Source: a virus (taxonomy: Duplodnaviria; Heunggongvirae; Uroviricota; Caudoviricetes). Taken from it: a stretch of 8,605 nt of DNA. The notes beneath the pieces are model-generated. The model did no database searches. It was given only the letters and a program-made list of their open reading frames with translations, and was not told the DNA's origin. The translations under genes and the position numbers were made by a program. Position 1 is the first letter of the stretch. The number at the start of each line of letters is the position of its first letter. Of the stretch, positions 1 through 8,086 are shown one piece after another. The stretch is from positions 1 to 8,605 of the IMG/VR virus record IMGVR_UViG_2737471841_000007; one strand, given 5' to 3'.

Positions 1-2010
1 TTACCAGTTTGTACTTATAAATAATCCATATATAATCCGTCTATAATTATCCAGTGCATCACTTGGATCTACTGATAGTGCGAATACGGCGCAATCACCT
101 ATACCATCATAGCTATTGGTCATGAGGCCTGAAAACCTAAATGAAGACCCGGCAGTTACTTCTGTAGTATATCTAAGGGCTTCTGTATAACCACCATCTG
201 TAGTTGAGTACACTTCAAATGATGCTGGTTTTAGTAAGGGATTCCCATAATTCTCAAATACTGCGAATCCAGTGAAATATTTTAATAAACTTTTAGTTGT
301 AACAAGTCTGCTAAATGTCTTATTAAAACCTATTCCAGATGTGTCGACTCCAGGTAGTGTTGTTCTCAGTGGGGTTTCTGACGACCCGGTCATTAATCTT
401 ACAGGAGCTGCGCCTCCACCAAGCCAATTATCAATTGTATTAAGGGGATCTTTATATGTTTGTATAGCATTTAAGCACCCTAAAGGGTATTGAACCCGTC
501 CTGGATATCCTCCAACCCCTCCAAATAGAATAGGCTCGGTTCTATAGATTTCACCTTTATCAGCATGATTTACAAGTTCTTTTACTAAGGTTTGGTACTT
601 TACTTCTTTTGCGAGCGTAGTGGTGAAGCCATTGTCCCAGCAGAATGCTGCGAAATCTCCATTGCCTGTTTTTCCGAAAACTCGGGCGGCAGATACAATC
701 TGATCAACATCAAAACAATATGACCCATTTATACCCTCCACTGGATTTGTTTCGAATTGAGAAAAAGTTTGCACGACAGGAATGATTCGCGCAGAACCAG
801 TTACCATCATGCATCCACCAATATCAGTCCTCATTTTACCAAGATCTTTATCAACCCTCTCTTGAAGAGAGCCTGATGAATAGTACATGCTGTAGCTATT
901 GACAAGAAAAACGTCATAATTCCTTGAGAATTTATATTCCCAAGGAGTATTGACCCACATGTAATCTACTGAAAAAAGCTTTTTACTCGTAAGTTCTCTC
1001 AGTGTTGCAATCATTTGGTCCTGATCGGCAACGCTGATTCCTCTACTGGCTGGTTCGTCAACTACGCTATATCCAATGCAGTTTGAAAAACTGTCACACC
1101 GACCAACAATCTCTGCAACAGTTCCTTGACCATGACTAGATTCAATATTTGTATTAATAACCACGTTCAATCCAGCAGATAGGCAATTATTGAGAAGCTT
1201 GGGCATGGTTCCGTCCATGTCGACAGTACCATTATTATCAAAATAGCAGTAATGAATAACGGTATTAAACCCCAAGGACTTTATTCTCAACATTTCACAA
1301 AAATCGTATGCTGTCCCTACGTATATGCCTCGGAAAAAAGCATTATCAGGCTTAGCATAATTTGAGGTAACAACAGCATTTGGTATGCTTATTCTTTGCA
1401 GATCTAAAGTTAGTTCTCCAACATATCTTTGCCCTTTAGTATTTATGATTTTAGTAACTTTATACTTCTTACCCTTGATCCCTATGATTTCTTTGCCAGT
1501 ATCAAATGCAGCCTGAATGGCGTCTGACCAATCATCATCAACAACAAGATTTGCATAATCTTCGATGTAAGCATATACATCACTACGCTTATTAAGGTTG
1601 TCTATATCAGTCTGCTTTGCGGCCCCATTTACTAAATCCACACCACCAGGTGCAGCAAGCTCCTGTCTTAACTGATCAGGATCGTACTTCAGCACATTAG
1701 GAAAATAGAATTGCTGAGAACCATACGCATCATAAACAGCCATAGAATGGCCTTGCACGGTAACGAATTTGGCAATCTGTCCGTTATATACCGGATAACC
1801 AGCAGCGTTAATGATGATTGGTTGAGAAACAGGAACGTGAGAGCCGTCTTCGTTCTCCACATAAACCTGAATCTGGTTTTCAGGATTTACCGGGTCAGTG
1901 TCAATTTTACCTATATAAATTTTACCATTGGCTACGGCTTTAAAAGAACGTGCCATAGTGAAGAGTTGCGAAGGCATTGATACGATCACATTGGCTGTAA
2001 TGTCTGTCAT
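1..2010 (-). CDS. Tailspike protein: P22 gp9-type N-terminal particle-binding domain fused to an unrelated receptor-binding (possibly enzymatic) domain
   Basis: 669-aa ORF, ATG at 2008..2010 with GGAG about 10 nt upstream on the minus strand, stop TAA at 1..3. The first ~115 residues ([42 protein letters not shown]...[15 protein letters not shown]....NVLKYDPDQ) match the P22 tailspike head-binding domain as I recall it. The rest does not resemble the P22 beta-helix sequence. It is the last gene after mnt, as in P22-like late operons. Confidence 0.85.
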   Translation of the reverse strand: MTDITANVIVSMPSQLFTMARSFKAVANGKIYIGKIDTDPVNPENQIQVYVENEDGSHVPVSQPIIINAAGYPVYNGQIAKFVTVQGHSMAVYDAYGSQQFYFPNVLKYDPDQLRQELAAPGGVDLVNGAAKQTDIDNLNKRSDVYAYIEDYANLVVDDDWSDAIQAAFDTGKEIIGIKGKKYKVTKIINTKGQRYVGELTLDLQRISIPNAVVTSNYAKPDNAFFRGIYVGTAYDFCEMLRIKSLGFNTVIHYCYFDNNGTVDMDGTMPKLLNNCLSAGLNVVINTNIESSHGQGTVAEIVGRCDSFSNCIGYSVVDEPASRGISVADQDQMIATLRELTSKKLFSVDYMWVNTPWEYKFSRNYDVFLVNSYSMYYSSGSLQERVDKDLGKMRTDIGGCMMVTGSARIIPVVQTFSQFETNPVEGINGSYCFDVDQIVSAARVFGKTGNGDFAAFCWDNGFTTTLAKEVKYQTLVKELVNHADKGEIYRTEPILFGGVGGYPGRVQYPLGCLNAIQTYKDPLNTIDNWLGGGAAPVRLMTGSSETPLRTTLPGVDTSGIGFNKTFSRLVTTKSLLKYFTGFAVFENYGNPLLKPASFEVYSTTDGGYTEALRYTTEVTAGSSFRFSGLMTNSYDGIGDCAVFALSVDPSDALDNYRRIIYGLFISTNW

Positions 2011-2145
2011 TTAATTTGCTCCAGATACAAGGAATCACCGCAGCATGGCTACGGTTGGCATTTGTTACATACCGAAACGGTACTATTGTTGATTTGTACA
2101 GTAGGTTTTACGATGCCATTCCACCCAATTGGTGAGGCATCAAGG
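2011..2145. promoter_or_regulatory. Divergent control region between tailspike and mnt, with a candidate operator palindrome
   Basis: 135-bp gap between divergent start codons. It holds the inverted repeat TACCG-aaa-CGGTA (2069..2081), the near-repeats TTGTTACA (2062..2069) and TTTGTACA (2093..2100), and the RBS GGTGAGG (2131..2137) 8 nt before the mnt ATG. I could not find a sigma70 -35/-10 pair with canonical 17-bp spacing by eye, so promoter positions are unassigned. Confidence 0.35.
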
Positions 2146-2406
2146 ATGTACAGTAAATACGACGAGGCGCAGTTTCACTTGAGACTTCCGCATGAACTTC
2201 ACGCGAAAATTAAACAGCGCGCGAAGATGAATAACAGGTCGCTGAACTCAGAGATAATTGCAGCGATTGAAGAATCATTGGCTAAACAAAGCTCTGCATC
2301 AGTTTACATTGACGATGCAGAGCGTATGGCAGAACAACAATCTGATATGGTTAAGAAAATTGTCTTTGATACGCTCAAGAAGCTATATAAAAAAGACAGC
2401 AGATAA
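2146..2406 (+). CDS. mnt: Mnt-like ribbon-helix-helix repressor (Arc/MetJ superfamily)
   Basis: 86 aa from ATG 2146 (MYSKYDEAQFHLRLPHELHAKIKQRAKMNNRSLNSEIIAAIEESLAKQ...DDAERMAEQQSDMVKKIVFDTLKKLYKKDSR). It aligns along its length with P22 Mnt as I recall it (..FNFRMP.EVREKLKFRAEANGRSMNSELLQIVQDALSK...NDAERLADEQSELVKKMVFDTLKDLYKK). The ORF-track start at 2062 is a TTG with no RBS, whereas ATG 2146 has one. The gene is opposite in orientation to the late operon, as in P22 immI. Confidence 0.85.
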   Translation: MYSKYDEAQFHLRLPHELHAKIKQRAKMNNRSLNSEIIAAIEESLAKQSSASVYIDDAERMAEQQSDMVKKIVFDTLKKLYKKDSR

Positions 2407-2495
2407 CCATCCGTTACGGAGGATTTATGCACAGAGATATGCTGAATATTGCGTTCTACATATTTGGTTTTTGCACGTTCCTGGTGTTTGCGAAG

Positions 2496-4775
2496 CTATT
2501 CTGACAGCGCATCAGACTTAGACCCCTGAGTCAGAGCGTTAATGGCCTTTTGTGCCTGCTGCATGGCTTTCTCGAACACTGTTGATCCGCGTGGGGTGTT
2601 TGCCATTCGGAGCATTGCATTTCTGAATGGCTCGCTCTCATAGGCGCGAGTAAGAAGTCCATAGCTTACTGCTGCGCCAGTTGTTGCAGGGTTCATTGCC
2701 GTCCCATACCCAATAATGAACGGGATGGTTTGCTGCCCTGTTGGTGTTGTTACTGCTGCTTTTGCAGCCTGCTGCGTGGATTGCAGGTAGTTTTTCAATC
2801 CTTTCAGATAAGCGGCTTCCTGACCTTTAAATGTGATGCCAGTCTGGTTTTGCAGGATATTAAGCTGCCGAAGGAACTGGTCAGGGGATCCGCCAGATTT
2901 CTCCATCGCCTTTCCAATGATGCCATTGCGCATTTGCTCCCTGCCAACACGACCAACTGAGTTATACAGCGTCTTAATTTCAGATTTGTTCTTGCTGAAT
3001 AGCATGTTGTTGACAACTTCCGGCGTCAGATCGCCTTTCATGAGAACATTCTTCAGCCTGGTATTCTTTAGTTTCGCTGCTTCGTCAGCATAGACGGCAT
3101 TGGCCTGCTGATATTTACGGAGAGTATCGTTGCCAAGATTCTGACCAATGGCGCCATTGATATCGTCGGTCATTGCCTTGTAAACGCGCTGAATGGCAGC
3201 ATCGGAACGGTTTGGTAACACTGGTCGTTCCCCCTTCACGTCCATTCTGAACTGGCTGCGCAGATCGCTTAATTGCTTCAAATCCAGATTTACCGGACCA
3301 TCAGGACCAGCATTGCGAATAAGCTCATCACGATAGGATTGAAGTTTTGAAATCGTCTCGTTATCAGCGACCTTACCAAGCTTCTGCAGGTTAGATATCT
3401 CAGTATCAATCTGCTGAATTGCTCGCACAGGCTGAATGTTTACTCCAGCCATAGCATTCTGAACCTGCTCCAGTCGATTACCGGCAGCACGACGAATTCC
3501 TGATGTTTTCGCTTTAAGGCTGTCAATAACAACTGCCGGATCGTACTCGCCGAATTTATCAGCAAATCTCTGCACCAACTGGCTTCTCGCTTCCTGTTGC
3601 GTTGCTCTCATTCCGCTTGTGCCAGCCAGAGGGATATTTTCTGCTGTAGTCTGCGCCATTTTCCCGACGCGGGAAGTAGGCTGTAACAGGTCTGTGGTGT
3701 GCAGAGGCACTCCTTCACGCTCTGCAAATCTGATAGCTTGCTGCGCTTCTGGTGCAATAGCACCACGAACGCCACGATAAGCAGCGCCTAATCCACGTCC
3801 GGCAGCGTTAATAGCGCCGCCAGCCAGAACGCCAACGCCTAAATCGGTAGCGAGTGCTTCCGCATCATCTTTCGCACTATTTGCAGCAAGTGACCCGACT
3901 GCGTTTTCAGCGAGAAGGCGAGTTGCACCCTGAGCGATTCTACCAGCGAGTGTTGGTGCCTGTGTTGCCGCTCTCTCAATGCCAGCAGGAGTGAGGTAAG
4001 GCAATGCCTCAGCAAATACCCTGCCCTCTGTAGTTTGTGGAGTCAGCGCGCCTTGCTGAAGGCCAAAGTCCTGCTCTAATCCCTGCGTTGTTACTCGTGG
4101 CGCTGGGTGATATGTCCCATCGCCAATTCCGAGTTTACCGCCAGCCCATGCCGCCGCGCTTGTTACAGCATCGGCAACTGATGCAGGTATGTTTGCCACG
4201 TTCACGCCAGCCTGCACCAGTCCGCGACCAGTTTCAGCCGCGGCATTGCCAAGGTCGGAAATGAAACCTCCTTGCTGCTGTGGCGCTGCCTGTGTACTTT
4301 GCTGTACAGGCTGTTGTGTAGCTTGATTCTTCCTAGGGAGGTATTCATCAGCTTGCTGGTTGTGCAGACTCTCCGCATATGCAGTGGCATCGTCAGGATT
4401 GTCGAACATACCAAGATGCTTTCCCGTCCTCATGAAGTTATCAATAGCTTCATCATCAGACATAATGCGACCATCATCACTAACGGTAGGAATCAGCACC
4501 TCTCTACCATCTATATTGGTAGACATGCTCCGCACAGTGCTAATGCTGCCATCAGAGTTTTTAACAACAGGCCGATTGTGAATGTCAATATTACCCTTCT
4601 CTAGCAGACCTCTAGGGTAAGCAGAGTAAAACGCTTGTTTTGCCTGCTCTGCATTTTCTCCGGCTTGCGGGGCAACGACTTCATTGAAGTATTGCTCCTG
4701 AGCCTGCGCTTTTTGTTCTGGTGCTAACGCCTGATACTGTGGAGAGGCGATAACATCTTTCCATGCTTTAGCCAT
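2496..4775 (-). CDS. Putative virion ejection / DNA-transfer protein (P22 gp16-position homolog), intact
   Basis: 759-aa ORF with ATG at 4773..4775, GGGGTGA 5 nt upstream, and start overlapping the upstream stop (TAATG) which suggests translational coupling. It is Ala/Gln/Gly-rich and low-complexity, typical of podovirus ejection proteins, and is the last late gene before mnt and tailspike. Function is assigned by position and composition only; no motif was recognised. Confidence 0.5.
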   Translation of the reverse strand: MAKAWKDVIASPQYQALAPEQKAQAQEQYFNEVVAPQAGENAEQAKQAFYSAYPRGLLEKGNIDIHNRPVVKNSDGSISTVRSMSTNIDGREVLIPTVSDDGRIMSDDEAIDNFMRTGKHLGMFDNPDDATAYAESLHNQQADEYLPRKNQATQQPVQQSTQAAPQQQGGFISDLGNAAAETGRGLVQAGVNVANIPASVADAVTSAAAWAGGKLGIGDGTYHPAPRVTTQGLEQDFGLQQGALTPQTTEGRVFAEALPYLTPAGIERAATQAPTLAGRIAQGATRLLAENAVGSLAANSAKDDAEALATDLGVGVLAGGAINAAGRGLGAAYRGVRGAIAPEAQQAIRFAEREGVPLHTTDLLQPTSRVGKMAQTTAENIPLAGTSGMRATQQEARSQLVQRFADKFGEYDPAVVIDSLKAKTSGIRRAAGNRLEQVQNAMAGVNIQPVRAIQQIDTEISNLQKLGKVADNETISKLQSYRDELIRNAGPDGPVNLDLKQLSDLRSQFRMDVKGERPVLPNRSDAAIQRVYKAMTDDINGAIGQNLGNDTLRKYQQANAVYADEAAKLKNTRLKNVLMKGDLTPEVVNNMLFSKNKSEIKTLYNSVGRVGREQMRNGIIGKAMEKSGGSPDQFLRQLNILQNQTGITFKGQEAAYLKGLKNYLQSTQQAAKAAVTTPTGQQTIPFIIGYGTAMNPATTGAAVSYGLLTRAYESEPFRNAMLRMANTPRGSTVFEKAMQQAQKAINALTQGSKSDALSE

Positions 4776-5398
4776 TAATCACCCCATAGTGAAGAAAAGT
4801 TACTGCCAGTAGTAGATTGTTGCCCTGGCATATTCTGCACCGGCTCCTGATAATCAAACTGTTTTTTAACAGTGCTCAACTTGCTTTCAAGCTGATTTCT
4901 AATCTTTCCGATAGAGTCACGAAAAGCCTTTTCACTCATTTTTGGGCTTAGGGCACCAACCGCATCGGATAATTTTTTACCCTCAGCATCTGAAAGAGCG
5001 CCCATACCCTTCAGGGACTGCACCATAGGGAGGAAAGTTTGAGCTTTAAAGGTGTCGAGCCTTGCTTCAAAGTTAGCCGCATCAGAGCCAGGAACTGTCG
5101 GAAACGCTGAGCGAATTCCTACTGCTTTTGAAAGGCCGGGGCTTTGCTCTATCTCGTTGAGAGAATCAAGCGCGGTGCTGAACGTATCAACTGCACCCTG
5201 AGCGGCGGCCTGCCTGTCAGCGCGGGCTATGTCAGCCTTTTGCCGAACATCTGCCTGTTTCTGCTTTAACTCTTCAAGCTTTAACTGATTGCTTTCTCTG
5301 GCTATCTGTCTGTCCAGAGCCTTTTCTTGTAATTCTGCTCTTTGTATTTCGCGGGAAAGCGCAGCATTCTGTGCGCTGATGTTCTGTCCACGTACAGG
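4775..5398 (-). pseudogene. 3' remnant of an ejection-protein-like gene (gp20-position), no start codon; left side of a deletion junction
   Basis: The reading frame that ends at TAA 4775..4777 stays open upstream for about 207 codons, to an in-frame TGA at 5399..5401. It contains no ATG, GTG or TTG before the ATG at 5026 (the 83-aa track ORF). The product (..[57 protein letters not shown]..) is Ala/Gln-rich and looks coiled-coil-like. It is coupled to the downstream 759-aa gene. Confidence 0.55.
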
Positions 5399-5490
5399 TC
5401 ATTTGTCGCCTCGGTTCTGGCTTCATCGCTCGCCATCCAGTCCGCGTCAAACTTACACAGAATGGAATTGAGTCTGTTTTCGTCGGCCAT
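5302..5490 (-). pseudogene. Portal protein gene remnant: about 33 conserved N-terminal codons, then out-of-frame sequence and a stop
   Basis: ATG at 5488..5490 sits directly after the large-terminase stop (5491..5493), with GGAG 7 nt upstream. [33 protein letters not shown] matches the P22 portal N-terminus as I recall it ([34 protein letters not shown]). After that the ORF reads [29 protein letters not shown] and stops at 62 aa, where a portal should run about 700 aa. The downstream remnant is in a different frame. Confidence 0.7.
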
Positions 5491-6990
5491 TTAAGTTCTC
5501 CGTGCGATGGGCCTGATTGGGGCTGGTATCTTTTTCTCTTTTGGTTTTTTGATGTCGCGCATCATTTTGGCGAAGCGGCGCATCATGTATGCATAGCGAA
5601 CGGCTGAGAGAACGTCGTCGTTAAGCTTGACGATCTTCCCGTTTTCATCACGGTGATAGAGGCGAAACTCCTCAAAGAATGGCTCACAGGTGTTGAATAC
5701 TTTGAAGCGACCATCGAGCATCATGTCGCGCAATTCAGTGATGCCAGGCTCAACAGCATTACCGCCATCAGGCCATGTCGCATGCTCCTGCAACATCATA
5801 AATCCAGCGTCTGCATACTGCCCTTTGAGCTGCTCACCACCGCCCTTCTCGTGCTGGTTTCCGTCATGAGGCCATGCGGTTGGCACTTTATGCGCCCATG
5901 ATTTAACAGCTCCCCATGCCTGAACCGCTGTTTTTTCTTTCGCCTTCCACACGCGTGAAACGTAGATTGTGTCTGCGTCCTTATCCCACCAAAGCTGAAC
6001 CTGAGCCTGTGGGTGATCCCATCCGAAATCCATCCCGCCAATCACGTAGAAGTGATCAGGACACTCGAACGGCTGACACTTAATAGTCTCTTCCGGTATC
6101 TGGAAGATTCGACCACTACCCATCGTAGGAATACCGCGAGCACGCGCCTCTCTCTCATGCTCAGGATAGGATGCGATGATTTGCTCTTTCTGCTCGTCGG
6201 TGTAGTGCTCAGCGTCATAGATGGTCATGTTGACCACTTTCTGCGACTTGCTGGGATTCTTCAGGAACTTGGTAACAACGTCAGACATCCCCATCAGCGG
6301 GGTAAACGTCAGAATTGAGAATTGCCCGTATTTGTTGGTACGGGTAAGACCTTCGCCATAAATGCTGTATGGTGGCTCTTCGTCAAACCACACGCCGTGG
6401 ATTGTGTCACCCTGCCAGCGAGCGCGGCCTTGCGAGTATGGCTTGAAGTAGCAGATTGAAATGCCATCTTCAACGCCATCAGCCGTGTGATGCTTAACCA
6501 GAAGGTGATCAACAAGGTTCGGAAAGAAAGGAGACTTCTTCCAGCTAATAATGTCTTCTTTCGGTATGGAACCGTAGCCAGGCTCATCATTCTCTTCGAT
6601 ACGACCGCACAGGATGCGTTGAGTCGTTTTGGTTACAGTCTCGTTTGTCTCGCCACCAATCCAAAAGACAACGGGCTCATAGAAACGCTTACCTTTCCAC
6701 TCCCCACCATATTTACCATCAGCCGGATAGCCTTTTGTTCCCGGATAACGCCCGGTAAGGTGAAACGCGACTTCAGCAGCCCCAGTAAATGACTTACCAA
6801 GCTGGTTACCAGCCATAAAACAGCGCTCTGGATAGTCATGCCCGGCGTCGATGAACTCACGCTGTTTGCTGTATGGCGTAAATTCATATAGCAGGTGTGT
6901 GTTCCGGTAGTTCTCTTCTTCTTCGAGTAGCTCGAGCAACTCGATTTGCTCTTCGTCGCTCAGGTTATCAAGAATCGCGTCCAGTTCCAC
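5491..6990 (-). CDS. Terminase large subunit (P22 gp2-like)
   Basis: 499-aa ORF with Walker A P-loop AGNQLGKSF near the N-terminus and acidic residues in the C-terminal half consistent with a nuclease domain. Start is GTG at 6988..6990 with AAGGAG 11 nt upstream. It overlaps the small-terminase 3' end by 23 nt. Length and N-terminal sequence match P22 gp2 as I recall it. Confidence 0.9.
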   Translation of the reverse strand: MELDAILDNLSDEEQIELLELLEEEENYRNTHLLYEFTPYSKQREFIDAGHDYPERCFMAGNQLGKSFTGAAEVAFHLTGRYPGTKGYPADGKYGGEWKGKRFYEPVVFWIGGETNETVTKTTQRILCGRIEENDEPGYGSIPKEDIISWKKSPFFPNLVDHLLVKHHTADGVEDGISICYFKPYSQGRARWQGDTIHGVWFDEEPPYSIYGEGLTRTNKYGQFSILTFTPLMGMSDVVTKFLKNPSKSQKVVNMTIYDAEHYTDEQKEQIIASYPEHEREARARGIPTMGSGRIFQIPEETIKCQPFECPDHFYVIGGMDFGWDHPQAQVQLWWDKDADTIYVSRVWKAKEKTAVQAWGAVKSWAHKVPTAWPHDGNQHEKGGGEQLKGQYADAGFMMLQEHATWPDGGNAVEPGITELRDMMLDGRFKVFNTCEPFFEEFRLYHRDENGKIVKLNDDVLSAVRYAYMMRRFAKMMRDIKKPKEKKIPAPIRPIARRT

Positions 6991-7462
6991 GGTTGAATAG
7001 CTCCTTGATACGAGAGCGCCGCTTATCGCGATCTCCCTTATCAGGTGTCACGTCTTCAACTTGCGACTGCTCTTTGAGGCCCAAATCACGGGCGATGATG
7101 TTAGCGTTGAGAAGGTCAGCGGCTGCGCCAGAGAATTTCTGGTCGTAGATGATGTCTTCCGCTCGTGATGTGACGTCAGAAAAACCTTCCATTGACCGGA
7201 AGGTTCCCCATGTTTGTCTGGTGATATCAAGGAAGGTACACAATCCTGAAATAGTCATGGCTCGCATCTTAGGGACATTAGCCTTAATTATTTCTCCCTG
7301 ATATGAAAATACCTTACCCTCCCATAGCGGGTTATCATCAGCCCACTCGAAGTATTCACAACAAGCAGCCCACAGCGCCTCAGGCGATTCGAATTTAGGA
7401 TTTCGCCCATGACTACTGCGGGCCTCCCAAAATCGGTTGCCCTTTGGTGCTGCCATATTCAT
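6968..7462 (-). CDS. Terminase small subunit (P22 gp3-like); true start probably the second ATG at 7454..7456 (162 aa)
   Basis: The product (M)[37 protein letters not shown]...[60 protein letters not shown] matches my recollection of P22 gp3 at both ends. The middle (residues about 40-100) diverges. GTGAG lies 6 nt before the second ATG. Confidence 0.9.
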   Translation of the reverse strand: MNMAAPKGNRFWEARSSHGRNPKFESPEALWAACCEYFEWADDNPLWEGKVFSYQGEIIKANVPKMRAMTISGLCTFLDITRQTWGTFRSMEGFSDVTSRAEDIIYDQKFSGAAADLLNANIIARDLGLKEQSQVEDVTPDKGDRDKRRSRIKELFNRGTGRDS

Positions 7463-7491
7463 CTCACTTAGTTGTTATTTCAGGCTGAGCA

Positions 7492-7734
7492 TCATGCTCC
7501 GGTAGTGAACAGGTCTAACGCTTCCTTCGATTTACGCACCGCTTCAAATGTGCGGATCGTGATATCTGAATTAGCGCCGCCTGACTGGAAGTGAATTTTG
7601 AATAGCTCAAGCTTCAGTTCGTCAGTGCCAATGAATTGAAATGCTTCTTCTGCGGCTGCGTTCTGGTTCATTACCAGTTTGTAAATCTCTAGCTGGAATT
7701 TCTGTTCTTCAGTCATGGGAATAATCTCTGCCAT
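7492..7734 (-). CDS. Small conserved hypothetical protein in the position of P22 ORF80, just upstream of terS
   Basis: 80-aa ORF with ATG at 7732..7734 and GGAG 6 nt upstream. Same strand and position (between rha and terS) as ORF80 in P22-like phages. No motif recognised. Confidence 0.65.
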   Translation of the reverse strand: MAEIIPMTEEQKFQLEIYKLVMNQNAAAEEAFQFIGTDELKLELFKIHFQSGGANSDITIRTFEAVRKSKEALDLFTTGA

Positions 7735-7755
7735 TGTTGGCTCCGTTTATCCGTT

Positions 7756-7781
7756 AAAAGGGATATCAGTTAAGTTATCCC
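7756..7781 (-). terminator. Weak candidate intrinsic terminator (hairpin plus T-run) just upstream of ORF80
   Basis: On the minus strand: GGGATA-acttaactga-TATCCC followed by TTTT (6-bp stem, 10-nt loop). The stem is short and only half GC, so this is speculative. Confidence 0.2.
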
Positions 7782-8086
7782 GTGTAGGGTATAAGCCATT
7801 ATCGAGACCACTCATTGAATGGCCTCTGCAATAACCGATGTCTTTCCATCAGTCCGCCACCACAAAGAATCTTTTTTGCCATAAGGCAGGAGGTTCATCT
7901 TTCAGTGGCTGCCAGTGTTATTTCCCCACTTACTGGCTTGGGTTGCTTCGTGGTACTGCCGTAACTGGTGGTGCACAGATTTAGTTAAATCTGTTCTCGC
8001 CTGAACTATCTTTTACATACCCGGATTGTGGGGATGTAAATCACGGTTTCATTATCAAGCCCACCCGTAGATGGGCTTTGGAATGG

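Noticed and set aside
2011-2145. Specific sigma70 -35/-10 promoter calls for mnt and tailspike
   Set aside because: Candidate hexamers (TTGGCA 2055..2060, TACTAT 2081..2086) have non-canonical spacing (20 bp). I could not support a specific promoter by eye, so only the region is annotated.
2062-2406. 114-aa version of the mnt ORF starting at 2062
   Set aside because: The start is a TTG with no RBS, and the extra N-terminal 28 aa is hydrophobic and unlike Mnt. ATG 2146 has a GGTGAGG RBS and gives an 86-aa product matching Mnt length.
2258-2521. 87-aa plus-strand ORF overlapping the mnt 3' end and the convergent intergenic region
   Set aside because: It is in an alternative frame of mnt, runs into the 3' end of the convergent 759-aa gene, and has no RBS or homology. 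Likely spurious.
4775-5026. 83-aa ORF as an independent small gene
   Set aside because: Its frame is open for about 125 further codons upstream without any start codon, so it is better explained as the tail of a truncated larger gene. Translation from the internal ATG at 5026 cannot be excluded.
5026-5490. IS element or transposase at the deletion junction
   Set aside because: No transposase-like ORF, terminal inverted repeats or obvious target-site duplication is visible. The junction looks like a simple deletion, though microhomology cannot be assessed without the parental sequence.
2804-7230. Minus-strand alternative-frame ORFs inside real genes (2804..3016, 4202..4414, 5796..6041, 6309..6590, 6633..6887, 7048..7230)
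   Set aside because: They are out-of-frame overlaps within the 759-aa, terL and terS genes. The primary frames carry the recognisable homology (Walker A, gp3-like termini), so these are frame artefacts.
8058-8080. Hairpin AAGCCCA-cccgtaga-TGGGCTT just downstream of the rha stop, as an intrinsic terminator
   Set aside because: There is no U-run on the minus strand and only TTT on the plus strand, so by sequence it is a stem-loop rather than a convincing terminator.
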